Origin: a virus
Strand: one strand, 5' to 3'
IMG/VR virus record: IMGVR_UViG_3300035698_024280
DNA: 64,000 nucleotides
The notes beneath the pieces were generated by a model, which did not search any database, was not told the DNA's origin, and was given only the letters and a program-made list of their open reading frames with translations. Positions 1 to 9,258 of this stretch are shown here, piece after piece. A program made the position numbers and the translations under genes. Positions within the stretch are counted from its first letter, which is position 1. Each line of letters begins with the position of its first letter.

Positions 1-2
1 GG

Positions 3-668
3 CAAATAGAAAACACTGGAATATCTCTTAGAAATATATGGAATTTAATTGACGATTTATCTTATAGTCAGGTTACTGTTAATTGGGACGAAATGAAAGC
101 ATTATCTGTATTCGGAGGAGATAATATAATTGCTCGAATTAATGACTTTACAATTAGTGAGAGTGGTAAATTCGATAGAATTTTTGCTGCGCTAAATGTA
201 GGTACTCCGAAGATAGTAAATATTCAAGGGAGAAGAATGAATACGACAGCCCCTATAAGGTTTATTAGCGTATCAGAGAGTACCGTATTCGATACAATAT
301 TAAAGACAACTGATATTAATATTTATACTAAGGATAAGATCGGTCCAGAAATAAATGGCTACATAGGGCCACTTTCCATTAATAGCGAGATATACAAACA
401 AATATACAATTTATTTCAACTCAAAAGCTTATTAAAGGGTAGATTTATAGGGGAATATGACATTAATGGGGATTTGCTATATAAGCAGTACGAGTATACA
501 TCTTTTGATAGTATTAAGTCAATTGATACAAACAATCTATATATTCATGAGAACGAACATTTATCAGTTGGAAATATTAATAGATGTCTCAATATTATAT
601 TTGATCTGCAGGAAGATATATTAAATATAATTAATACAAAAGTAAAAAATCTGTATCCTATTAAATAA
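3..668 (+). CDS. 5'-truncated phage structural (tail/baseplate-region) protein; frame is open from the window start
   Basis: The frame of ORF 93..668 has no stop back to position 3 (QIENTGISLRNIW...), so the gene starts upstream of the window; lies in the tail gene block. Confidence 0.6.
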   Translation, partial: QIENTGISLRNIWNLIDDLSYSQVTVNWDEMKALSVFGGDNIIARINDFTISESGKFDRIFAALNVGTPKIVNIQGRRMNTTAPIRFISVSESTVFDTILKTTDINIYTKDKIGPEINGYIGPLSINSEIYKQIYNLFQLKSLLKGRFIGEYDINGDLLYKQYEYTSFDSIKSIDTNNLYIHENEHLSVGNINRCLNIIFDLQEDILNIINTKVKNLYPIK

Positions 669-676
669 TAACAATG
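662..676 (+). promoter_or_regulatory. gp55-type late promoter TAAATA-N6-ATG
   Basis: TAAATA 662-667, ATG 674; same geometry recurs at more than 15 genes. Confidence 0.6.
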
Positions 677-1636
677 GCCTTTAGCTTTAAAAATACTTCC
701 CCTGCAGATACATACAAAAGTATATTACACGCTTCAGGAAATGAATTACCTATATCCGGTGTTGTACCTATATATGACGGGGATGGTAGTAAGTCTGCAG
801 TATTAATAGGTAGAGAGGGTCAGGGTATATATTGTCAGGGTCTCTCTGCTTCCGACCTAACAGTCTCAGATCTGTTATACCCTCCAGGGTATGGTGAACG
901 ATTTGGTGTCGTATTTCAAACTACTAACGGTTCTAATGGAACGGCCCAGCTAGGTTTAAGCTCAATATCGCAAATACTAAAGATTTCAGGTGTAGGGGTA
1001 ACTTTTAATTCTTATGTATCATTATCTTCTAATAGAATACCTTTTCTACGGGCAGAGAACGGGATAGTTACAGAAATAGCCAGTAAAGAAATAACTACTA
1101 TTACAGAGAGTGCAGGAGGTACATCCAGATTAGGTGCTCCAGATGAGGGATCCCCTCAATATGTAGTTGATATAGATACAAAAGGAGGGCTAATTACAAA
1201 AGTGTACTATGGTAATTTATTGACTTCTTCTGCTATAGTTAGATCTCAGGTTCGAACATTTTTCTTCGATCTTAGATTAGATCCTGATGTACCATTTTCA
1301 AAATCTACAAAAGCAGGAAGATATTACGAGAGCTCGGCAGTAGATGCATATGTAAATAGTGTATGGAATCTCGAACATTCAACTGCTCCGATTACAGGGG
1401 ATTGCGCTATAATTATAGCTACAAGAACAGGTAATACTACTAAAGCAGTAGCGGCTGAAAATGGTGTAGTTTCTATAACAGTAACAGAAACGGGGATGAA
1501 GGCATGGGGGTATAGGTGGACCGGTAGTGAGTGGGAGCTTTTAGGTACTAGAGAAATAGAACCTGGAGATGATCCTACGTCATGGCTGGTTGACTCTGCG
1601 CCGGTTGTTGGGGAAACTAACTGGCCAACCTCGTAA
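674..1636 (+). CDS. Hypothetical virion/tail-associated protein (320 aa)
   Basis: Long ORF, late-type promoter, G/S/T-rich beta-type composition, tail block context. Confidence 0.55.
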   Translation: MAFSFKNTSPADTYKSILHASGNELPISGVVPIYDGDGSKSAVLIGREGQGIYCQGLSASDLTVSDLLYPPGYGERFGVVFQTTNGSNGTAQLGLSSISQILKISGVGVTFNSYVSLSSNRIPFLRAENGIVTEIASKEITTITESAGGTSRLGAPDEGSPQYVVDIDTKGGLITKVYYGNLLTSSAIVRSQVRTFFFDLRLDPDVPFSKSTKAGRYYESSAVDAYVNSVWNLEHSTAPITGDCAIIIATRTGNTTKAVAAENGVVSITVTETGMKAWGYRWTGSEWELLGTREIEPGDDPTSWLVDSAPVVGETNWPTS

Positions 1637-1654
1637 TTATTATTAAATAAAAGT

Positions 1655-2134
1655 ATGTTCGCAATTTTCAACTCAACTAAGCAGTTTCTATACGTAGCTG
1701 ATGCACCTCCGGTAGATGATAAATATATATATAAGGAGCTAGACGATTTCATATTTGGTAGAGATAGGTGGGTCGGAGATTTCGATAATGGTTACATTAT
1801 CAGACTAAATGCACCAGTTCCAGAAAGTTTAGGAACGGTGAAAACCGTTACGAAGACGATGGTAGCAAATCATACATCTAAAAACATTTTGAAACATTAT
1901 GATATTCATGATCAATTAAATATTATATGTAATTGTATTGAAGGGGGAGGAACAACATTAACTCCAGAGTTTATTAAGATGAGGGAGTTTTTAACCGCTC
2001 AAATAGATCAATATAATAATACTATAAATATTTCAATGTCAGCTGATGATATACATTTTATTGATGACACAAATATGAGTAATGTAATTACAGGTGTATA
2101 TGAAGAATTTAGTGAGTTTAAAGAAAAGGTATAA
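1655..2134 (+). CDS. Hypothetical protein, possible fibre assembly chaperone
   Basis: TAAATA 1644-1649 then ATG at N5; directly upstream of fibre genes. Confidence 0.5.
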   Translation: MFAIFNSTKQFLYVADAPPVDDKYIYKELDDFIFGRDRWVGDFDNGYIIRLNAPVPESLGTVKTVTKTMVANHTSKNILKHYDIHDQLNIICNCIEGGGTTLTPEFIKMREFLTAQIDQYNNTINISMSADDIHFIDDTNMSNVITGVYEEFSEFKEKV

Positions 2135-3636
2135 TGTCTAATATAATAATAGCAAAAATTAAGGCTCGGAGAGGTTTAGATTCTGAGAGGGTGGGGACCG
2201 TCCTAGAGCAAGGCGAATTTGGATATACTATTGATACTAAGAGAGCCTTTATAGGGGATGGTATATTATCTGGAGGCGAGACTGTAGGTATACATGTCCA
2301 TAATATTCTTCCAGTATCAGGATCTCGTGTCGGGTTAGTAAATGCATATAAAAATGATATAGTTTATGAAAGTAACCTAATGTATCAGCTAACTGGAGAT
2401 AGCCCGGCTAATTTAGATAGTTGGGTATTTGTGGGGACGAGAGCCGATGATAGTACTTTAGAATATAATACTGCTGGGAAACTTATAATTAAACAGGCCG
2501 GAGTCACAAATTTACAAATTGCAATGCAAACTATAACTCCGAGCAATTTAAGTGCTGGTATAGTTTACAGTTCAGGTGGGTTATCTTTAAATCCAAATTT
2601 AGGTTTATCTGCTAATGTAGATAATAATACAATATATATAGACCCAGTAAGTAAATATTTAAGTATAAAGCCTGGCGGCGTCTCAAATTCAGAGCTATCG
2701 GCGGGGGCTGTAGATCAAGGCAATATTTCGATTAATGCAATTGGTGATGGTCTATCTGGCGCGGGGCCAGATAAAATATTTGTACATACAGATAACGAGA
2801 CTATTATAATCGAGGATGGTAAAGTCGCAGTTGGTACTATTTCTGCAGATAATATACAATTAGGTGTAGGTATGGAGAATAATCTAGGTAAACTGGAGCA
2901 TTTTGTACAGACAATAGATCCAGATGATTTAATTACTGCCGCAGGTAAATTAGAGCTAGCTCAGAAGTTTGATTTTAACTCACAGACATTTCATATGCCT
3001 AATGTTACTCTAAATAGTAAGGGCACTATAATAGGAGCTAATAATGGGACAATAATGCCACTCTCGTCGAATTACGCTGGATATGGCGGCTTTCCAACAC
3101 AAAGAGAGGGATCCGAAACTAATACTACAGTAGCAGTCGTTACTGGTGTGAGTGCCTCCAATGTACAAATATTATCTTCTGCCGGTTTTATGATTCTGAA
3201 TGTAGGTACACCTACTATTACTGATGGAGATGTTAGGAATTATGATAATGCTCAATATCTAGCTATACAAGCATTTACTATACCACAAACTCTAATAGAT
3301 ATTATAGATAATAAGTTTACCTTCGTAGAAACATACCCATATGAGTGGGTCGGTTATAGAGCGCACGACCCAACCCTTAATGATTACACTGCTAACGGTA
3401 ATACGCTAAGCTCTGCAGCATGCTCAGGGAGCGATGATTATACTGGATTTGCAGAGGCGGTTATTATATATAGCGACACACCTAGTTTAAGTGTAGGTAC
3501 TAATTTTGCTGCAACTCCTACTTCTTTAACATCATCTGAGTACAATTCTTTATCTGGTTGGATAAATATTGAAGGTGAGCGACTGTATCTAGTAGATGGA
3601 AGTAACATAGTACAATCAGTCAGCACATGCCCATAA
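2134..3636 (+). CDS. Tail fibre-like protein with Mtd-N/hyaluronidase-like N-terminal domain and VDxxTI repeats
   Basis: N-term KIKARRG...LEQGEFGYTIDTKRAFIGDG; repeats ANVDNNTI, HTDNETI. Confidence 0.7.
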   Translation: MSNIIIAKIKARRGLDSERVGTVLEQGEFGYTIDTKRAFIGDGILSGGETVGIHVHNILPVSGSRVGLVNAYKNDIVYESNLMYQLTGDSPANLDSWVFVGTRADDSTLEYNTAGKLIIKQAGVTNLQIAMQTITPSNLSAGIVYSSGGLSLNPNLGLSANVDNNTIYIDPVSKYLSIKPGGVSNSELSAGAVDQGNISINAIGDGLSGAGPDKIFVHTDNETIIIEDGKVAVGTISADNIQLGVGMENNLGKLEHFVQTIDPDDLITAAGKLELAQKFDFNSQTFHMPNVTLNSKGTIIGANNGTIMPLSSNYAGYGGFPTQREGSETNTTVAVVTGVSASNVQILSSAGFMILNVGTPTITDGDVRNYDNAQYLAIQAFTIPQTLIDIIDNKFTFVETYPYEWVGYRAHDPTLNDYTANGNTLSSAACSGSDDYTGFAEAVIIYSDTPSLSVGTNFAATPTSLTSSEYNSLSGWINIEGERLYLVDGSNIVQSVSTCP

Positions 3637-3639
3637 TAT

Positions 3640-5544
3640 ATGTCAGTAGAAATAACTAATAATACAATTATAAAGCTGCTCACGAGGAGAGGCAGCAATG
3701 CGGAGAGAGTTGGCGTTTTACTTGCAGAAGGTGAGGTCGGGTTTACTGTAGATACAAAAAGATTATATGTAGGAGATGGGGTCACGAAGGGTGGAGTACC
3801 TACCAGTAATATATTTCTAGGGTCTACTGCAACAATAACCGATTTTGGGGGTCGATCGCATATAGGTGATATCGTCTTTAAATCTGATACAAATGAGCTA
3901 TTTAGACTTAAGAGTAATGACGGTAGTACTATAACAGATTGGGAGATGGTTGCTTCTCATAAGTTTGCAGTTACAGATAATGCTACTTTAAGTGCAGATG
4001 TTGATGGGGTACTACATGTAAACATAATTGAAGGTAGCAATATATCGAATGACTCATTCGGTAGTGGTATAGTATTAGCTAGTGGAATAATTTCATTATC
4101 TGCCGCCATTCCGATAGATATAATTAAGTTAAAAGATAATTCTAGCTTAGAGATACCTAATGCTATAGTCTTTAATGATGGTACATCTACAGAGAGCTAT
4201 AAGTTTCCAGTAGGTCAACCAAAATATAACGGTTATAATTTAATAACAGACCTGTTAGGGAACTTAACCTGGCAAAAGCCTATTTCCGCTCAGGCAGGTA
4301 CAGTATATATTAATAGTGTTTCTGTACCAGTAGGCACAGTTACGCCTTATGTATCACAAGCTCTGGTCGAGCCGGATGGTTGGCTGTTTTGTGATGGTAG
4401 ATCCGTAGTCGGTGCAACATACCCTGCTTTATCAGCCGCTATTGGTAGTATGTTCGGTGGGGATGATATAAATTTTAATTTACCGAATATTATGCCAGGT
4501 AAGGTTCCTTTTGGCGCATATACAACGGAAAATTTAGGGACGGAATACCCAATACTGACTGGTGTTGATGCTAGTACTGAATTAACAGGTACTTCAGCCA
4601 CATCTTTATCCGCACTATCCGCGAATACTACAGAGACCTATACAAATTCCCTATCCGGATTCAGTACATACTACTTAATTAAGCATCAAGCTGAAATATT
4701 ATTTGAGGATATATTTTTAGAAACTACTAATCAGGTACTTACTGCAGAGGGGCTGTCTGCATACGATATTAATGCAAGCTCATCAACAGACACGACCGGC
4801 CCATCTGGTCAGTTTGCATTGGGTATACCTGCTGGGGATATAGGTACTGGTAATTCCAGGGTAGTTGAGGCTATACAGAGAGCAAGAGTACCTACAATGT
4901 CTGAGTATAAGGTACCAGGTATATATGAATATATAATACCTAATCACACATACAAACTCAAGGTTACAGCGACCGGTGGGGGTGGTCATGGGTATGTTAG
5001 ATACGCGGCTGATTTTTATAGAGCAGATGGTACTCAGGGCGGAGCAGGTAGCACTGTTATAGCTTATATTGATGTAATACCTGGAGAGTCGTACAGATTA
5101 AGTATTGGTGAGGGTGGTGTTGCAAATAGAACATCTAAGCTGCAAAATACTTTAAGTGGTGTAGGTTTAGGTACAACTTCTGTTTTCGGTCTTAGTACAA
5201 ATGCTGCTACAATATATAACGATATTTCTGCTAATGGTGCGCGAGAGACTAATACATCGAGGATGGTTGATCATGCAGGTGGAGGCTATGCATATGAGGG
5301 ATTCGGTGGTGGTGTAGGGTCAGTGCCTAATCAATCAGGTCGTATTGAGTCATCTATTATAATTAATGGTGGTAATGGTGGAAACTTTACAGATGGTCGG
5401 ACTCCGGAGGGTGTTGGTGGATCTGGATTTTGGGGTACAGGGCCTGCACCTGGCGGTGGGGGTGCTGGTTGGTCTACAAAGAGCAGATCCGGAGAGACTA
5501 TAGCTGAAGCAGGAAATGGTATTATTATAGTTGAAACATTATAA
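3640..5544 (+). CDS. Tail fibre protein: Mtd-N-like domain, tail collar domain, C-terminal Gly-rich domain
   Basis: KLLTRRG...LAEGEVGFTVDTKRLYVGDG; collar motif VPVGTV..Y..PDGWLFCDG..YPALSAAIG..FNLPN; ATGGGG/GGAG Gly-rich C-terminus. Confidence 0.8.
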   Translation: MSVEITNNTIIKLLTRRGSNAERVGVLLAEGEVGFTVDTKRLYVGDGVTKGGVPTSNIFLGSTATITDFGGRSHIGDIVFKSDTNELFRLKSNDGSTITDWEMVASHKFAVTDNATLSADVDGVLHVNIIEGSNISNDSFGSGIVLASGIISLSAAIPIDIIKLKDNSSLEIPNAIVFNDGTSTESYKFPVGQPKYNGYNLITDLLGNLTWQKPISAQAGTVYINSVSVPVGTVTPYVSQALVEPDGWLFCDGRSVVGATYPALSAAIGSMFGGDDINFNLPNIMPGKVPFGAYTTENLGTEYPILTGVDASTELTGTSATSLSALSANTTETYTNSLSGFSTYYLIKHQAEILFEDIFLETTNQVLTAEGLSAYDINASSSTDTTGPSGQFALGIPAGDIGTGNSRVVEAIQRARVPTMSEYKVPGIYEYIIPNHTYKLKVTATGGGGHGYVRYAADFYRADGTQGGAGSTVIAYIDVIPGESYRLSIGEGGVANRTSKLQNTLSGVGLGTTSVFGLSTNAATIYNDISANGARETNTSRMVDHAGGGYAYEGFGGGVGSVPNQSGRIESSIIINGGNGGNFTDGRTPEGVGGSGFWGTGPAPGGGGAGWSTKSRSGETIAEAGNGIIIVETL

Positions 5545-5564
5545 CATAGGTATTAAATACCATT

Positions 5565-5816
5565 ATGGATAATATATCAGATCTAAAACAACCAAACTCG
5601 TCAAATATTAAGGAAACTACTGAGTTGGCAGGGGCAGACAAATTACCTAACCCTAGTGATGATGATATATTTGCCTTTACTGTTCAGGATCTGCAGCTTA
5701 TAACAAGTCTGATTAGCGTTGCTGCAAAAGAAGGTATTATAACTGCAGGGGATATGAGTGTTTGTGGAGATCTTTATAATAAAGTTATTCGTATTATAGA
5801 AGAAGTTGCCGGTTAA
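5565..5816 (+). CDS. Small hypothetical protein
   Basis: TAAATA 5554-5559, ATG at N5; clean ORF. Confidence 0.65.
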   Translation: MDNISDLKQPNSSNIKETTELAGADKLPNPSDDDIFAFTVQDLQLITSLISVAAKEGIITAGDMSVCGDLYNKVIRIIEEVAG

Positions 5817-5842
5817 GACTAGATGTTTGAGTAAATATACTC

Positions 5843-6922
5843 ATGGCGACGTATTTTATCCCTAATAATAGCATTGTAAATAATATATCCCATAATAAGG
5901 GGTATAATGCTAATTTTGATATAGTGTGGTCGTTTGACTATGCATTAAGTGGTATTCCTGATAAATCGCAGGGGTCCTTTACAACCTTCTTATATGATGC
6001 TGACGTAGAGAGCTTAGTTGGAGGGGGCCCTGGTAAAGCAGGTGGGTATCTCCCGTTAGAATCTCATTCAATTGGGGCAGATATACCCGGAGTTTCAGGA
6101 GCTAAATTAGGAATTAATTTTGATACTGCGGGTATGTTTGCCATAAGCGGTAATGGTGTAGATGGTAATTTTAATGCAAAAAATAAATCTTTAACTATAC
6201 GAGGCGGCGCTACCGGGTTTCAATTATTAACGAGTATTGAATTGTCAGCGATTGATAGTTCATTTATATTTGAAGAGGCAGAAATTAATTATAATCGGTT
6301 AAGATTCAGATTAACTGATGTTGGTAATACCTTAAAAATACATTATAAGACCGAAGGTGGGCGATATGTAGAACTACTAACATATCAGGTCTCATTATCT
6401 GTTAATGATACTACAGCATTTAAAGTGGGTGTAGGTTATTCTGCTCCTGTTAGTGGAGCTGCTACACCTTATAAATTTTCCATTAGAAATTATCATGTCG
6501 AGGGCGTACATAACAACCCCGTAGCAGCAGAAAGAAGTCTAATACCAATAGCTTTTCCAGCTTATCAATATCAACAATCTACAAATGTCGTTGCCCCATC
6601 AGCGGTTCCGATTGTCCGATTAGAAAAAATAACGCTGTATGATTGTCCCGATGATCCGGAGATATTACTTAGTGATCCTGATAAATGCTCAGTTACATTT
6701 ATAACATTATCAGCCGGCAATGAAATACCGATAGCTGTAAGACCTCCGATCATTACTGGGGTGTATGTAAACTTACTACCGTCAACTCCTGACCCAACTA
6801 CTACGACTACTACGACTACGACGACTACGACGACAACTACAGAGACGCCGTATCCGTATTATAGTGCCCCTGGTGCCTTTGCACAGGCACCGACAGACTA
6901 TCATACTGAAATATTTCCATAA
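5843..6922 (+). CDS. L-type lectin/ConA-like virion protein with poly-Thr tail
   Basis: SFTTFL..GGGPG..GGY..LGINFDTAG resembles the legume-lectin fold; 15 consecutive Thr; TAAATA 5832-5837 at N5. Confidence 0.55.
   Translation: MATYFIPNNSIVNNISHNKGYNANFDIVWSFDYALSGIPDKSQGSFTTFLYDADVESLVGGGPGKAGGYLPLESHSIGADIPGVSGAKLGINFDTAGMFAISGNGVDGNFNAKNKSLTIRGGATGFQLLTSIELSAIDSSFIFEEAEINYNRLRFRLTDVGNTLKIHYKTEGGRYVELLTYQVSLSVNDTTAFKVGVGYSAPVSGAATPYKFSIRNYHVEGVHNNPVAAERSLIPIAFPAYQYQQSTNVVAPSAVPIVRLEKITLYDCPDDPEILLSDPDKCSVTFITLSAGNEIPIAVRPPIITGVYVNLLPSTPDPTTTTTTTTTTTTTTTETPYPYYSAPGAFAQAPTDYHTEIFP
6797..6841 (+). repeat. ACN trinucleotide run encoding Thr15
   Basis: act act acg act act acg act acg acg act acg acg aca act aca. 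Confidence 0.95.
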
Positions 6923-8406
6923 TGTTCAACTATACCTTTTTAATTCCCGTATTTAATTTAAAGGGATTTCGATATGATAATTTTTTATTTACTACAAATA
7001 AAATAAGAGGAGCGACAGATAATATATTAATTATAGAGCAGGTATCCGATATAAAGGCTGCAAGCAAAATTAAAGATTATGCGGAAAAATATAATATTAA
7101 ATATCACTCAGTTCATGATGCTGGTAATAGAATAAATAAATCCAAATTAATAAACATAGGCACTAAGTTAATAGATACTGAGTATATATGGGTAAATGAT
7201 GCTGATTGTCTATTGAAGTTCAATAAATTAATAAAGGATTTAGAGAGTAGTCGGGTAAATCATGATTTTATTCAGCCTTATGAAAATGTAGAGTTTATAG
7301 ATAGTGTAAAATCAAAACAACTACGTAAAGATAACCCCGTAGAGTGCTCTTATAAAAATCAACCATATGCTCATATGGGGTGTATGTACGGAGCTCTTTC
7401 CTTTATATTTAAAAAGTCAGCTTTTATTGATCTGGGTATGTTCAATGAGAATTTTTTAGGGTGGGGGCATGAGGATACTGAGTTCTGCTATAGATTAATT
7501 ACTAATAATAAAGATATCCACATATTATTTGAAAGTTATGGTGTACATCTATACCACCCTATATACTCCAATAAAAATCGAGGTGACCTAGTATTAAACT
7601 CCAATATATTTCTGGCGCTATATAGCGCCAGTTCAATTGAAAAAATTACAGCGGTTATATCTAATTATTACATCGAGATGTTTAAATGTAAGCCCTTAGG
7701 TATAGGTATTATAACATTATTTAGAGGTAATATTCAACTGCTGAGAAACATATTTAAATTTTATAATACTAATTTAAATACTATACATAATATAAATCTA
7801 ACATGGATCGTTAACAGTAGTAATATATTATTTAGAGGTCTTACGCGATTGGCTAAGTATAAATTGCAAAAAAAATATAACATCGATATTCTTATTATAT
7901 ATAATAAGGCAATAAGTAAGCGCTCTAAGGATAATTATTTTACTGACGTTCATTCTGATATCGGTAAAATATATACAGAGGTTCTTGCAGATCAAAATAG
8001 TAGATCTGTTATAATATTAGAAGACGATGTAACACCCCCTGATGATGGTATAAACCTATTAATTAATTCATTTTTTGATAATACTGACGCCAGTGCAATT
8101 GCAGCAGTTTATATAGACCGTAATGCGCTACAATATGCTAATGAAGGGGAAAAAGTATGCGGTAAGTTTGAAGATGATGTACATAACAATTTAGCATATA
8201 ATTTAATATCTAATAGTGGAATATATAGAGCAGATAGAATACCAGGAGGCTTTACTATATACAATACGTCTCATGTAAAGGCTAACCTTCCAGTATATTA
8301 TGATGCGGAAACGAGAGTTGGGTGGGATTGGCTACTCAGCTCTAGGTTATTAAAATCTGGTAACCTATATTTAGATACAGATATATCATGCATTCACCAT
8401 ATATAG
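6922..8406 (+). CDS. Two-domain glycosyltransferase (GT2/GT7C-like plus a second GT-A-like domain)
   Basis: WVNDADC (DxD), FNENFLGWGHEDTEF, second domain ILEDDV. Confidence 0.8.
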   Translation: MFNYTFLIPVFNLKGFRYDNFLFTTNKIRGATDNILIIEQVSDIKAASKIKDYAEKYNIKYHSVHDAGNRINKSKLINIGTKLIDTEYIWVNDADCLLKFNKLIKDLESSRVNHDFIQPYENVEFIDSVKSKQLRKDNPVECSYKNQPYAHMGCMYGALSFIFKKSAFIDLGMFNENFLGWGHEDTEFCYRLITNNKDIHILFESYGVHLYHPIYSNKNRGDLVLNSNIFLALYSASSIEKITAVISNYYIEMFKCKPLGIGIITLFRGNIQLLRNIFKFYNTNLNTIHNINLTWIVNSSNILFRGLTRLAKYKLQKKYNIDILIIYNKAISKRSKDNYFTDVHSDIGKIYTEVLADQNSRSVIILEDDVTPPDDGINLLINSFFDNTDASAIAAVYIDRNALQYANEGEKVCGKFEDDVHNNLAYNLISNSGIYRADRIPGGFTIYNTSHVKANLPVYYDAETRVGWDWLLSSRLLKSGNLYLDTDISCIHHI

Positions 8407-8407
8407 T

Positions 8408-9253
8408 ATGTTAACAATAGGGATGCCAGTTTATGACGATTTTGATGGGGTGTTTTTTACGATTCAATCCATTAGATTAAATTGCCCTGATATGAATATA
8501 CAATTTGTGGTAATTGATAATAACCCAACTAGTGCAGATGGTAAGGCTACTAAGAAGTTTATAGAAACAGAGGTAATGGGCAAATATGTTGAATATACAG
8601 AGCGTATAGGCACCAGTATAAAGAATGAAATATTTAAACACTCTGAAACTAAATTTACATTATGTATAGATTGTCATATTCTATTACCACAAGAGAGCAT
8701 TGAAGCTCTCATCGAGTTTTATATGGAGAATCCTCTAACTGAGGATTTAATTCAAGGGCCGTTAGTATCAAATAGTCTCACTCATAGATATACACACTTT
8801 AATGAAAATTGGGGAAGCTTAATGCACGGCCAGTGGGATTTTGATGAAGTACAATATAAAAGGGGTAAGCCGTTTGAAATTAAATCGATGGGGATGGGGT
8901 TATTTTCATGCAGAACAGAGGTATGGCCTGAGTTTCATTCTCTAATGAAAGGCTTCGGGGGGGAGGAGGGCTATATTCATAAAAAATTTATGAAAAGAGG
9001 TAGTAAGTGTTTATGTATACCGCAGCTACAATGGGTACATCGTTTCGACAGACCTAGAGGTATACCATACCCAAATATTGCTGAAGATCGATTGTGGAAC
9101 TACTTTATTGGTGCATTTGATATATATGGAAATTTTACTCATTCGTATATTAGCGAAATAAAGATGAACTTCGCTAATATATTACCAGAGCTGACTATAA
9201 ATCATATTTATAACACTGCCGTCAATGAATATATTACATTTAGTAATAAATAA
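8408..9253 (+). CDS. GT2-family glycosyltransferase
   Basis: LTIGMPVY, VVIDNN, CIDCH, GFGGEEGYI, WVHRF. Confidence 0.8.
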   Translation: MLTIGMPVYDDFDGVFFTIQSIRLNCPDMNIQFVVIDNNPTSADGKATKKFIETEVMGKYVEYTERIGTSIKNEIFKHSETKFTLCIDCHILLPQESIEALIEFYMENPLTEDLIQGPLVSNSLTHRYTHFNENWGSLMHGQWDFDEVQYKRGKPFEIKSMGMGLFSCRTEVWPEFHSLMKGFGGEEGYIHKKFMKRGSKCLCIPQLQWVHRFDRPRGIPYPNIAEDRLWNYFIGAFDIYGNFTHSYISEIKMNFANILPELTINHIYNTAVNEYITFSNK

Positions 9254-9258
9254 TAATA

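Noticed and set aside
2134-5544. Diversity-generating retroelement targeting the Mtd-like fibres
   Set aside because: No reverse transcriptase and no template/variable repeat pair seen in the window; Mtd-N alone is a generic fibre anchor
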